From: Candidatus Wolfebacteria bacterium GW2011_GWB1_47_1
GTDB taxonomy: Bacteria > Patescibacteriota > Minisyncoccia > UBA6257 > UBA9933
Length of the DNA: 64,000 nucleotides
Direction: 5' to 3'
Assembly: GCA_001029635.1 (NCBI GenBank)
Contig: CP011209.1
Span: 811,969 to 875,968 of the forward strand
This document shows, piece by piece, positions 32,764 to 41,656 of the stretch (its first letter is position 1; each line of letters begins with the position of its first letter). The translations under genes and the position numbers were made by a program. The notes under the pieces were generated by a model that was not told the DNA's origin, ran no database searches, and was given only the letters and a program-made list of their open reading frames with translations.

Positions 32764-34557
32764 TTAATCCATATCAATATATCGCTCTTCATCATCAAAT
32801 CCCCTCCCTCCTTCAAATTCCATCAATCCCGATGGGATTTCGCTCAAAAATCGTGATGGCAAATGATAGAAGGTCAGATACAGTTCCTTACGCGCACGAG
32901 TCATCGCCACGTACATCAAGCGCCGTTCTTCTTCTATCTCATTTTCATTATGATACGACATCTGGTGCGGCAGCAATCCATCATTCACACCGATCACGAA
33001 TACCGCATCGAATTCCAAACCTTTTGCCATATGGATGGTCATCAAGTTCACGACACTGTCCTGCACCTTCTTGAGATCCTTCTTCTTTACCGTATCAGTT
33101 GATTCGAGCAGCGAGATACGCTCCAAGAAGTCTTCCATCTTCTCGAATCCGCTCGCAAACTCGATAAGCTCCTTGATGTTTTCAATGCGTTCGGTCGAAT
33201 TAGTCTGCGTGCGCTCGATATAATTGAAGTAATCGGTCGTCATCAAGATGTATCCGATCAACTCCACCGGTCGCAGTACCGCCGCTTTACTCGGCAGCTC
33301 CTCCTTGAGTTGTGTATACGGCTTCTTGAGGAAGCTCTTTTTGAGACGATCGAGACTTACGCTGTCCTGCGGATTGGACCCATATCGCAATGCGGCCACG
33401 ATATCCTTGATCTCCTTGCGTTCGTAGAACTTCAACCCTCCAAATATCCGATATGATAGTCCCCGCTCGATCAGCGCCTGCTCAATAGCACGTGACTGCG
33501 CGTTTGTGCGATAGAGAATCGCAATCGAGCCATAATCCGAGAACATGCGAATCGTATCAATGTGCCCGGCTATCCATTCCGCTTCTCCGTCAGCCGTATA
33601 TTGTTCAACTACCTTCACGCGCCCTCCTTCGGGGTTGTTCGTCCACAGCGTCTTCGACTTCTGTAAATGATTATGCGCGATGACCGCCGATGCCGCTTTA
33701 ATGATGTTTTGCGTCGAACGATAATTCTCTTCGAGTAATACCACTTTCGCATCCGGCCAATCCTTTTCGAAGTTCAAGAAGTTTCGGAAGTCCGACCCAC
33801 GAAATTTGAAGATTGATTGTTGGTCGTCTCCCACTACACTCAGATTACGATATTTATTTGCCAACAATTTAATAAGCGTATATTGAGCTGTGTTGGTGTC
33901 CTGGTATTCGTCTACCAAGATGTAGCGGAATTTTTCCTGATACTGGTCCAATATCTCCGGGTTGCCCAAAAACAACATTCCCGGTTTTTGGATTAGGTCG
34001 TCAAAGTCGAATGCATTGTTCGCCTGCAGTGCCTGCTCGTAGAGTTTAAATAGCTTATAGACGGTTTCATCTTCCGCCGCTTCCGGGTCGATCATCTCGT
34101 CCTTGATCTTTGAGAACTCGCGCCGTAAGACCAATGGCGTTAACCGCTTTACATCGCGCTCAGAAAGTCCCGCCCCGGCAGCCACCTTTTTGATCAATGA
34201 CTTACTGTCGTCCGCATCGAAGATGGTGTAGTTCGAGTTTCTCCCGAATAGCCGCGCCTCCTTCTTCAATATCCGCGCTCCAAATGAGTGGAACGTGCCC
34301 AAGAACATCGCCTTAAACGATTCCTTGTCCTGCGCAAGCAGCTTTTCCGTGCGCTCCTTCATTTCTCCCGCCGCCTTGTTCGTAAAGGTGATGGCGACGA
34401 TATTCTCCGGCTTCACGCCGCTGTGCAACAAAGCAGCCAACCGGCTCGTCAGTGTCTTAGTCTTCCCCGATCCTGCACCCGCAACGATCAAGAGCGGGCC
34501 TTCGCCATGTTCCACCGCCGCGCGTTGTTTATCATTCAATTCTTCAAAATGTATCAT
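32764..34557 (-). CDS. UvrD/PcrA superfamily 1 helicase
   Basis: AGAGSGKT, TFTNKAA, VDEYQDTN, NYRS, TIHMAKGLEF, EERRLMYVAMTRA. Confidence 0.95.
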   Translation of the reverse strand: MIHFEELNDKQRAAVEHGEGPLLIVAGAGSGKTKTLTSRLAALLHSGVKPENIVAITFTNKAAGEMKERTEKLLAQDKESFKAMFLGTFHSFGARILKKEARLFGRNSNYTIFDADDSKSLIKKVAAGAGLSERDVKRLTPLVLRREFSKIKDEMIDPEAAEDETVYKLFKLYEQALQANNAFDFDDLIQKPGMLFLGNPEILDQYQEKFRYILVDEYQDTNTAQYTLIKLLANKYRNLSVVGDDQQSIFKFRGSDFRNFLNFEKDWPDAKVVLLEENYRSTQNIIKAASAVIAHNHLQKSKTLWTNNPEGGRVKVVEQYTADGEAEWIAGHIDTIRMFSDYGSIAILYRTNAQSRAIEQALIERGLSYRIFGGLKFYERKEIKDIVAALRYGSNPQDSVSLDRLKKSFLKKPYTQLKEELPSKAAVLRPVELIGYILMTTDYFNYIERTQTNSTERIENIKELIEFASGFEKMEDFLERISLLESTDTVKKKDLKKVQDSVVNLMTIHMAKGLEFDAVFVIGVNDGLLPHQMSYHNENEIEEERRLMYVAMTRARKELYLTFYHLPSRFLSEIPSGLMEFEGGRGFDDEERYIDMD

Positions 34558-34812
34558 AAGTATGGTATCGCTTTCTCTTTTGTGTTCTCTATCTTACCTA
34601 ACTATTACTCCGTTGTCATCCTTCATGATTACTATTCAACCTCAACTGCGCTAACGCTATTATGCCCGCAGATGCGAGCTCATCTTTTTCGTACTTTTTT
34701 AGTAAAAGTACGGCCGTCGGCTCCGTGCAGGAAAAAATACTACGCCGACATGCCGGCACGTTGCATGCGATCCGTCAGCTCGCGGATCGCTAGCAACGCC
34801 AAGGCTCAAAGC

Positions 34813-34950
34813 GCGAGCAAAGTAAAAATAGAGAGTGGACTCTAAAATTTCTTACAAAACTAAAAATTACCCGTTTTCCCAACGGGACCCAGATTTTTAG
34901 TTTTTGATGAAATTTTCTTCGCCCATCTAATCTCTATTTTTACAGCTCGC
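34813..34950 (+). repeat. 138-bp long-hairpin repeat, copy 4
   Basis: GCGAGC...CCCGTT-TTCCC-AACGGG-ACCCA...GCTCGC. Confidence 0.85.
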
Positions 34951-35119
34951 AGATAAAATGCGCTTCAGCACTTTCAATATAAAAATAAAAGCCATATCCA
35001 ACATGCGTGGTACAGCTTTATTGCTTGCGGATATCCCTCCGCTGAGTCCTACCTAATTTACCTTTCTACTGCTTTACATCATCAATGACTAAGAGGTGGC
35101 GTTTTATGGTACAGCCTTA

Positions 35120-35584
35120 CTACTTAACAAATAGTACGTTGGACGAGAGCCATACCGCATTCTCGCTCCAATACTCCTCAAATGCTTCTTGAGACTCGGT
35201 CCACTCGTCCATCGCCTGCATGTACTCTTCTTCGAGTTCTCCCATGAGCGCAAGTAGGGCCTTGTCTCTGGCGTGAAACCTGATCGCATTCCCCGCCTCT
35301 TCCACAACGATCCCGTTTGGGAGTAATACGAACAGGCTTGAATTAAAGAGTACTCCTGGGAGAGCGTTTTCGACCTCCGCTGCTACTTCGTCGAAGTAGC
35401 CGTCTTCATTTACTTCCAGAATCTCGTACGCCTTTTTATTGAGGTACGAGCGCTCCGCCTGGGTGATATTCCCAAACAAGAGTTTCTTCCCAATCCCACA
35501 TAATCTCCTGATCTTTTCCTGGATTGCGGCTGGTGCGTCTTCAAACTTCCTATCACTCCTAAAATATTCCTCAAACGTTTTCAT
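35120..35584 (-). CDS. Hypothetical protein (acidic)
   Basis: 154 aa; GAGGAGG SD; TTGACA at 35725-35720. Confidence 0.7.
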   Translation of the reverse strand: MKTFEEYFRSDRKFEDAPAAIQEKIRRLCGIGKKLLFGNITQAERSYLNKKAYEILEVNEDGYFDEVAAEVENALPGVLFNSSLFVLLPNGIVVEEAGNAIRFHARDKALLALMGELEEEYMQAMDEWTESQEAFEEYWSENAVWLSSNVLFVK

Positions 35585-35787
35585 ACTGCCTCCTCTTTCC
35601 TTTAAGATTTAACAGCGCATTTCTCTGCTGCTCCCAATGAGCAGCAGAGAAAATGACTGCCAAATCCCGCATGTGGTTTTCAATGTTCTTGTTATATTTA
35701 TATCATAATTATTATAAATTGTCAATGTCTTCGCTTGAAGGGGGTGCCCTGGACCTCATCCTTCGCCGAAATGAAATGACAGATAAA

Positions 35788-35818
35788 AAAATGTACGTCA
35801 TCGGATGACGTACATTTT
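35788..35818. repeat. Palindrome AAAATGTACGTCATC-G-GATGACGTACATTTT, copy 3
   Basis: 15-bp perfect arms; core identical to the 5778 copy. Confidence 0.9.
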
Positions 35819-35985
35819 AAACTATAGATCCCTCGGTTCCGTTCCACTCCGCTTCACTCGAGATGACACACTCCGTCATTCCGAGCTCGGCCCTCGGCGT
35901 TACTAGCGAGTGCAGCGAGTATGCAACGTGCCAAAATACTCGAGGCACATAAGGTCCCGCGCTTCGCATGTCGAGGAATCTGCTT

Positions 35986-37518
35986 TTATATTTCCCTTAT
36001 CCTATATTGAAATGCTTCGCTCAGGTGGTTATTAGTAACCTTGTCGGACCCTTCGAGGTCCGCTATCGTGCGCGCCGTCTTGAGCATGCGGTAATAGCCA
36101 CGAGCGGAGATGAACGATTTTTCGAGCATCCTTTTTACAAATTGTTTTCCTGCATCATCCAATTGCACTACCTTATCCGCCAATTTCGATGGCATCTCGG
36201 CATTTGTATAGATCCTTGGTATTATATCCGTAAAACGACGAGCCTGTATCAGGCGGGCGTTTAGTACCTGTTCGCGGACCGCGTCACTTTCATCTGATTC
36301 CTTTTCCTTGGATAATTCCTCTATCTTTACCCTTGGCACTTTTATCTGTATATCTATGCGATCGAGCAATGGCCCGGAAAGCTTACGCTGATAGCGTGCG
36401 ATTTCGTGTGCGCCACACTGACACGTCTTTTCTTCGTCACCGTAGTATCCGCATGGGCATGGGTTCATTGCCGCGACTAATGTAAATCGAGCCGGAAACT
36501 TCAATACGCTCTTTGCACGCGCGACGCATACATCCCCATTTTCGAGTGGCTGTCGTAATGATTCGAGCAGATCCCGCCGGAACTCCGGTAACTCATCCAA
36601 AAACAATACACCCCGGTGCGCAAGCGATATCTCTCCCGGGCGCGGATTTGCACCGCCCCCAATGACCGATGCCGGCGATGCGCTGTGATGTGGCGCTCGA
36701 AACGGGCGCGTCATTGCAAGCACATCGCTATTAGCGATCCCCGCCGCACTATATATCTGCATCACCTCCATAGCCTCGTCCACCACTAGCGGAGGCAAAA
36801 TAGAAACCAATGCTTGTGCCAGCATTGTCTTTCCCGCTCCCGGTGAACCACTCATCAGTAGATTGTGCCCACCCGCCGCTGCGATCATCAGCGCACGTTT
36901 TGCATTCATTTGTCCTTTTATCTCGGAAATGTCAGTGCTATATCTTGCCGTATCCCACTCCAGCTTCGTCAGTGGATACGGTTCGATCAGCACACGCCCT
37001 TCCAGATGATCGATTAATGTCACCATATCAGTAATTGGGATCACATCAACTCCACTCACAATCGCAGCTTCTTGCGCATTTTCTACGGGAATAAATACCT
37101 TGGCTATATGCAACTCCTTTGCGAGACGAGCAATCGCGAGCGCACCTTTTATCGAACGTGCCTTCCCATCAAGCGATAACTCGCCAATAAAGAGCTTATC
37201 AGCCGTTTCGAATTCCTTAATCTGCTTGGTTGCCAACAAATATCCCATCGCTATTGCGAGATCATATTGCGACCCCGCCTTTTTGATATCCGCCGGGGCA
37301 AGATTTACCGTAATTCTTCTATTTTCTCGATTGGGCGGTTTTATATTCGAGTTCTTCAATGCGGCGTTGACCCGCTCCTTTGCCTCGTTTAGTGCCTTGT
37401 CGGCAAGACCCACAATTGTAAACGAATGAAGACCGACGTTTATGTCGGTCTCCACTTCGATTAATTTTGCTTCAATCCCCTCAAGTTCTGCCGAGTATAC
37501 CTTTGAGAAGTGTTCCAT
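35986..37518 (-). CDS. comM: YifB/ComM Mg-chelatase-like AAA+ ATPase
   Basis: VNLAPADIKK, GSPGAGKT, PFRAPHHS, GEISLAHRGVLFLDE, AAMNPCPCG. Confidence 0.9.
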   Translation of the reverse strand: MEHFSKVYSAELEGIEAKLIEVETDINVGLHSFTIVGLADKALNEAKERVNAALKNSNIKPPNRENRRITVNLAPADIKKAGSQYDLAIAMGYLLATKQIKEFETADKLFIGELSLDGKARSIKGALAIARLAKELHIAKVFIPVENAQEAAIVSGVDVIPITDMVTLIDHLEGRVLIEPYPLTKLEWDTARYSTDISEIKGQMNAKRALMIAAAGGHNLLMSGSPGAGKTMLAQALVSILPPLVVDEAMEVMQIYSAAGIANSDVLAMTRPFRAPHHSASPASVIGGGANPRPGEISLAHRGVLFLDELPEFRRDLLESLRQPLENGDVCVARAKSVLKFPARFTLVAAMNPCPCGYYGDEEKTCQCGAHEIARYQRKLSGPLLDRIDIQIKVPRVKIEELSKEKESDESDAVREQVLNARLIQARRFTDIIPRIYTNAEMPSKLADKVVQLDDAGKQFVKRMLEKSFISARGYYRMLKTARTIADLEGSDKVTNNHLSEAFQYRIREI

Positions 37519-37550
37519 GAAATTTATGCAAAGTACAAATTAGAAAAACT

Positions 37551-37576
37551 GGATTCCGGCCTCCGCCGGAATGACA
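37551..37576 (-). repeat. dRS3/CGTC-like REP
   Basis: GGATTCCGGCCTCCGCCGGAATGACA. Confidence 0.8.
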
Positions 37577-37586
37577 CAGAAAACTC

Positions 37587-37937
37587 TTAAGCGTTTTCTT
37601 CCTCACGAGCTAATTTTTTGCACGAGCGACACAACTTCGATGTACTGTTTACCTGCAACATGTCCATGCCAATATCCTCTCCGCATTCCTCGCATTTACC
37701 AAAAGTCCCTTTCTCCATACGCGCCAGTGCGGAATCGATATCGGCTAGTCGTTCACGTAAAACCTGGGATGCCGCTGTTTGATTTTGCCATTCGGTCGAT
37801 TCATCCGCCTCTTCTTCGAGCGAATCAATATCATCCCCAAAATCTTCCCCCTGCTCCAGGGTATCAATCTTTACTTCAAGCATCGCTTTTTCATCCTCAA
37901 GCTCATTTTTTATTGATTCCAATTTTTCTTTGTTCAT
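37587..37937 (-). CDS. TraR/DksA C4-type zinc finger protein
   Basis: Coiled coil then GTFGKCEECG...LCRSC. Confidence 0.9.
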   Translation of the reverse strand: MNKEKLESIKNELEDEKAMLEVKIDTLEQGEDFGDDIDSLEEEADESTEWQNQTAASQVLRERLADIDSALARMEKGTFGKCEECGEDIGMDMLQVNSTSKLCRSCKKLAREEENA

Positions 37938-37940
37938 ATA

Positions 37941-38345
37941 TTAGCCAATTAATTTAAATATGTACGGGAACACTACGAAATATCCCAATAATCCAAGACC
38001 AACAATACCTATAACAATACCTATTGTTATCAATACCATGTTCATCGTTCCGGACGATGTTTGCCCTTGCGGAGCTTTTTGAATTGGTACCGTAGGCATT
38101 TGCGGAGCCATAGGCGTTTCAAACAGCGGTTTCTCCGGTCCCGTGTATGCCGGGGCTTGCGGAGCGGCATCACGCTGCGATGCAAACGCTTCCTGCGCTC
38201 CCTGGGTCGGAACTTCTCCTCCACCTTCTCTGAAAGCCTTGAGGTCTGATTCCATAGTTCGGATATCGATCTCCAGCGCGGGCGGCTCGGGAACTTTCTT
38301 TTCCGGAGCTGCCGGATCTTGTGTCGGATTTGTCTGATTATCCAT
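37941..38345 (-). CDS. Hypothetical protein with C-terminal TM (start at MDNQ)
   Basis: IRTMESD motif, Pro-rich linker, C-terminal TM. Confidence 0.7.
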   Translation of the reverse strand: MDNQTNPTQDPAAPEKKVPEPPALEIDIRTMESDLKAFREGGGEVPTQGAQEAFASQRDAAPQAPAYTGPEKPLFETPMAPQMPTVPIQKAPQGQTSSGTMNMVLITIGIVIGIVGLGLLGYFVVFPYIFKLIG

Positions 38346-38467
38346 ATGAATAGTATAAAGGAAAAAGGAAAAAGGAAAAAGGGGGATGCATTGACATGAC
38401 AAATAAAAAGTGGTTACGTTATTCCAGTACTACAAAATCGAATATCTTAACTAAAGGAGAGAACATT

Positions 38468-39169
38468 ATGCCGTGTATCATTTGGTTAGTCCTGTGCATC
38501 TTCGGAGCCGCCATCTGCGCAATCGTGTATCCCTACAAAGACGGGACCGGAGCGAAAGCAGAATTCTGGGCGACAAAAAAGCCGCGGGTAAAAACCTGCG
38601 CCAAATACATGATCTTTGCATCTTTCGGTACCATCTTCCTCTCGCCCGTCTACTATGAATTCCCGGGGTCAGATTCAACCGTCGTTACGTTTGAGGGCGC
38701 CAAGGCGATCAAGCATCCTTTTGGGGCGTTCTGCTGGGAATGGTCAGAATATTCAAACCTCCCTACCGGAGCGATCAACGTTTCAAGTGGCGTAACATTC
38801 CTCACGGAAAATCCAAAGGTTCGCCACTTAAAGTACAGAGTCGGCTCACAAATTTCCGATCCGGAACTTTTCTACCGCAACAAAGGACGACGGATCCACT
38901 CTTCCGAGATGGACAGTAACTCCGGCGGCGCGGATACGAGGACCTTTATTCACTCTTCCGGATACTCGGTCAAAAACGAAACTCAGGCAATTGTCGCTTC
39001 GCAGCTGTTCGAATTCAACAATCGGTTTTCGAAGCAGCTGGCGCAGCTCTACAATCCGCTTGAAGCGAATCAGCAACGCGAGTTCCGATCGTTGATCGAG
39101 CCGTGGCTAAATGCTCAGCTCGCAAAGGATGGCATTGCAGTTGTGGTCGGAAACTTCTCGATCGAGTGA
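38468..39169 (+). CDS. Hypothetical membrane protein
   Basis: ATG 38468 after AAAGGAG; TTGACA at 38391; terminator-like hairpin after the stop. Confidence 0.7.
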   Translation: MPCIIWLVLCIFGAAICAIVYPYKDGTGAKAEFWATKKPRVKTCAKYMIFASFGTIFLSPVYYEFPGSDSTVVTFEGAKAIKHPFGAFCWEWSEYSNLPTGAINVSSGVTFLTENPKVRHLKYRVGSQISDPELFYRNKGRRIHSSEMDSNSGGADTRTFIHSSGYSVKNETQAIVASQLFEFNNRFSKQLAQLYNPLEANQQREFRSLIEPWLNAQLAKDGIAVVVGNFSIE

Positions 39170-39382
39170 CTTTCCCTGTGCTCCCTATCAATCGCCGACC
39201 ATCATGGTCGGCTTTTTTGTTGGTTGGATTGGGGAGTAAATACGGGGATGTTTATATTCTTTCCCTCTGTTCGTAGTCTGCCGTGCCCACAGCCGAATCG
39301 CGCCGCCTACTAGCGGCTGCGATTCTATGAGGCACACAAACGCAAAACCGACATTCATTCGAATGTCGGTTTTGCGTTTGTG

Positions 39383-39454
39383 TGCCCCCAAGGAGAATCG
39401 GACTCCTCTTTACAGGATGAAAACCTGTTGTCCTGACCACTAGACGATGGGGGC
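39383..39454 (-). tRNA. tRNA-Glu(TTC), T-loop TCCGATT
   Basis: Cloverleaf; anticodon arm ACAGG-TTTTCAT-CCTGT. Confidence 0.9.
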
Positions 39455-39463
39455 GCATGTAAT

Positions 39464-39718
39464 TTACTTTATATCAAATCCTAGCTTAGTTAGCAATTCT
39501 TTTCTCGTTTGATAGCTTCTTTTTAATTGCAATTCCCGTTTTCTTGCCTCTGATTTTATGACGTAGTTTTCTGTATACTTCAAAATAAACAGGATTCTAT
39601 GTTTTATTGACTTAGTCTTTCCCGAATTATGCTCCTTTAACCTTTTATCAACATTATCGGTTATGCCAATATAATACCCAAAATCAATCGTGCTTTGCAA
39701 AATGTATAGAAAATACAT
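39464..39718 (-). CDS. GIY-YIG nuclease family protein
   Basis: YFLYILQS...YYIGITDNVDKRLKEHNSG...ARKRELQLK. Confidence 0.92.
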   Translation of the reverse strand: MYFLYILQSTIDFGYYIGITDNVDKRLKEHNSGKTKSIKHRILFILKYTENYVIKSEARKRELQLKRSYQTRKELLTKLGFDIK

Positions 39719-39730
39719 AAATGATTTTAA

Positions 39731-39802
39731 AGGATGCCCGCCGAAGGCGGGTCCGCTCTCTGGCGGAAAAACCTGTTGTCCTAACCATTAGACGATGGGA
39801 GC
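39731..39802 (-). pseudogene. 5' half of a tRNA-Glu with a 31-nt insertion in the anticodon
   Basis: GCTCCCATCGTCTAATGGTTAGGACAACAGGTTTT[31 nt]CATCCT; no T-arm or 3' acceptor. Confidence 0.8.
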
Positions 39803-40114
39803 TTACGTATTTATAAGCGTTTTAAATCATACACGACCCACCCAAAAAAATCAACCAAAAATAAGGGGTATTTGCGCACCCCTTATTAATTGCCACACCG
39901 ACAACCCAACTTATTTTCAACACAAGTCAGGACATTTGCCTATCGACTCAGATTCCGCAAGTATTCTTTCTGCAATAGCCCCGAAATAGATTCTTTGCTT
40001 CTTAGGATGGTGCCCTTAGCTTATCCGATTCGGCCCTTCCGAAACCATTCCTAATATCTTTTCCAGCCTCCCTACCTTTCTTTTTTCTTTCCTTTCCCCC
40101 TATAATTACCCTAT

Positions 40115-41617
40115 ATGAGCCAACAGAGATTTTTTGAGATCCTTCCGGGAGTTCTTTCCTGGTCTACATTACTTGCCATCGTTATATTGTCTTGGATCTA
40201 TCCGGTCTTTATGGCGGTATTCATCATTTTCTTCGATATTTATTGGTTCCTTAAAACCCTCTACCTATCCATCCACCTCCGCATTAGTTACCACCGAATG
40301 AATACCAATATGAAGGTTGATTGGCTCGCAAAACTGAAGGCAGACCCGACAACCAATACCTGGGACCAATTCTATCATGTTCTGATCTTTCCCTTCTATA
40401 AAGAGCCGTACGAGGTCATCAGGGAAACCTTTGATGCCCTTATTAAGGGTAACTACCCGATGGATAAATTTATCGTCGTTCTTGCTGCCGAAGGACGCGC
40501 CGGTGACCAGGCACAGACCGTAGCAAAACAACTCGAACAGGAGTTTGCGAACCATTTCTTTAAATTCCTAATTACCACACACCCGCAAGACCTGCCCGGC
40601 GAAATTCCCGGGAAGGGCTCAAATGAAACGTGGTCCATCAAGCAGACTAAGGAATTAATCATTGATCCGCTCGCCATTGATTATAACAAAATCCTGGTAT
40701 CTATTTTTGATTGCGACACGCAGATCTTCCCGAACTACTTCGGCATATTGACGCACACCTTCCTGACAACCGAGGACAATCTGCACGCCAGCTACCTACC
40801 TGTGCCGTTCTTCCTGAACAACATCTTCCAGGCTCCGGCACTGGCACGCGTCATTTCCTTCTCCGCATCGGTCTACCATATGATGCAGCAGGCGCGCCCG
40901 CATCGACTCACCACCTTCTCCTCGCACACCATCCCCTTCAAGGTACTTGTCGACGTTGGTTATTATAAAACGAATATCGTGAACGAGGATTCTCATATTT
41001 TTTGGCAATCCTATATTCACTACAACGGCAACTATCGCACCATCCCGCTAAACTACCCCGTCTCCATGGATGCGAACGTAGCTCCGACATTCTGGCGTAC
41101 TATGGTTAATCAGTACAAGCAACAGCAACGCTGGGCATGGGGTGGTGTCGAGAATATTCCGTTCTTTATGCGGGGGTTTATTAAGAACAAAAAGATCCCC
41201 TTCAAGCGTCGCTTCTCCTGGGCGTTCTTCTACATTGAAGGTTTTCACTCCTGGGCGACTAATGCCCTAATTATCTTCACTCTTTCTTGGCTCCCTATCG
41301 CTATTGGCGGGCCGGAATTCCGATTCTCGCTTCTTTCCTACTCCCTGCCAAAGGTGACTAATATGATTATGAACTTTGCGGCCATTGGTATCCTTACCTC
41401 TGCATTCCTTGGTATCGTATTACTCCCGCCAAAGCCGATCTGGTTCAAAAAGTACCACTACATCTGGTATGTTCTCCAATGGATGTTCCTTCCTATCACC
41501 ATGATTATATTCGGATCCATTCCCGCATTGGATTCGCAGACTCGTGGAATCTTGGGTGGCAAATATCGTCTTGGGTTTTGGGTCACACCAAAGCATCGAG
41601 AATCAAAAAATCCCTAA
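40115..41617 (+). CDS. Membrane glycosyltransferase family 2
   Basis: PFYKE, GKGSN, DCD, ED, QQQRW plus flanking TMs. Confidence 0.88.
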   Translation: MSQQRFFEILPGVLSWSTLLAIVILSWIYPVFMAVFIIFFDIYWFLKTLYLSIHLRISYHRMNTNMKVDWLAKLKADPTTNTWDQFYHVLIFPFYKEPYEVIRETFDALIKGNYPMDKFIVVLAAEGRAGDQAQTVAKQLEQEFANHFFKFLITTHPQDLPGEIPGKGSNETWSIKQTKELIIDPLAIDYNKILVSIFDCDTQIFPNYFGILTHTFLTTEDNLHASYLPVPFFLNNIFQAPALARVISFSASVYHMMQQARPHRLTTFSSHTIPFKVLVDVGYYKTNIVNEDSHIFWQSYIHYNGNYRTIPLNYPVSMDANVAPTFWRTMVNQYKQQQRWAWGGVENIPFFMRGFIKNKKIPFKRRFSWAFFYIEGFHSWATNALIIFTLSWLPIAIGGPEFRFSLLSYSLPKVTNMIMNFAAIGILTSAFLGIVLLPPKPIWFKKYHYIWYVLQWMFLPITMIIFGSIPALDSQTRGILGGKYRLGFWVTPKHRESKNP

Positions 41618-41640
41618 CGGGATTTTTTGATTCTCGATGC
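41593..41640. terminator. 22-bp perfect inverted repeat, likely bidirectional terminator
   Basis: GCATCGAGAATCAAAAAATCCC-TAAC-GGGATTTTTTGATTCTCGATGC between convergent genes. Confidence 0.7.
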
Positions 41641-41656
41641 AATTTCAAATTTTAAA

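Noticed and set aside
39731-39802. Intron-containing or split functional tRNA-Glu
   Set aside because: No T-arm or 3' acceptor follows, and the insert has no group I or bulge-helix-bulge features
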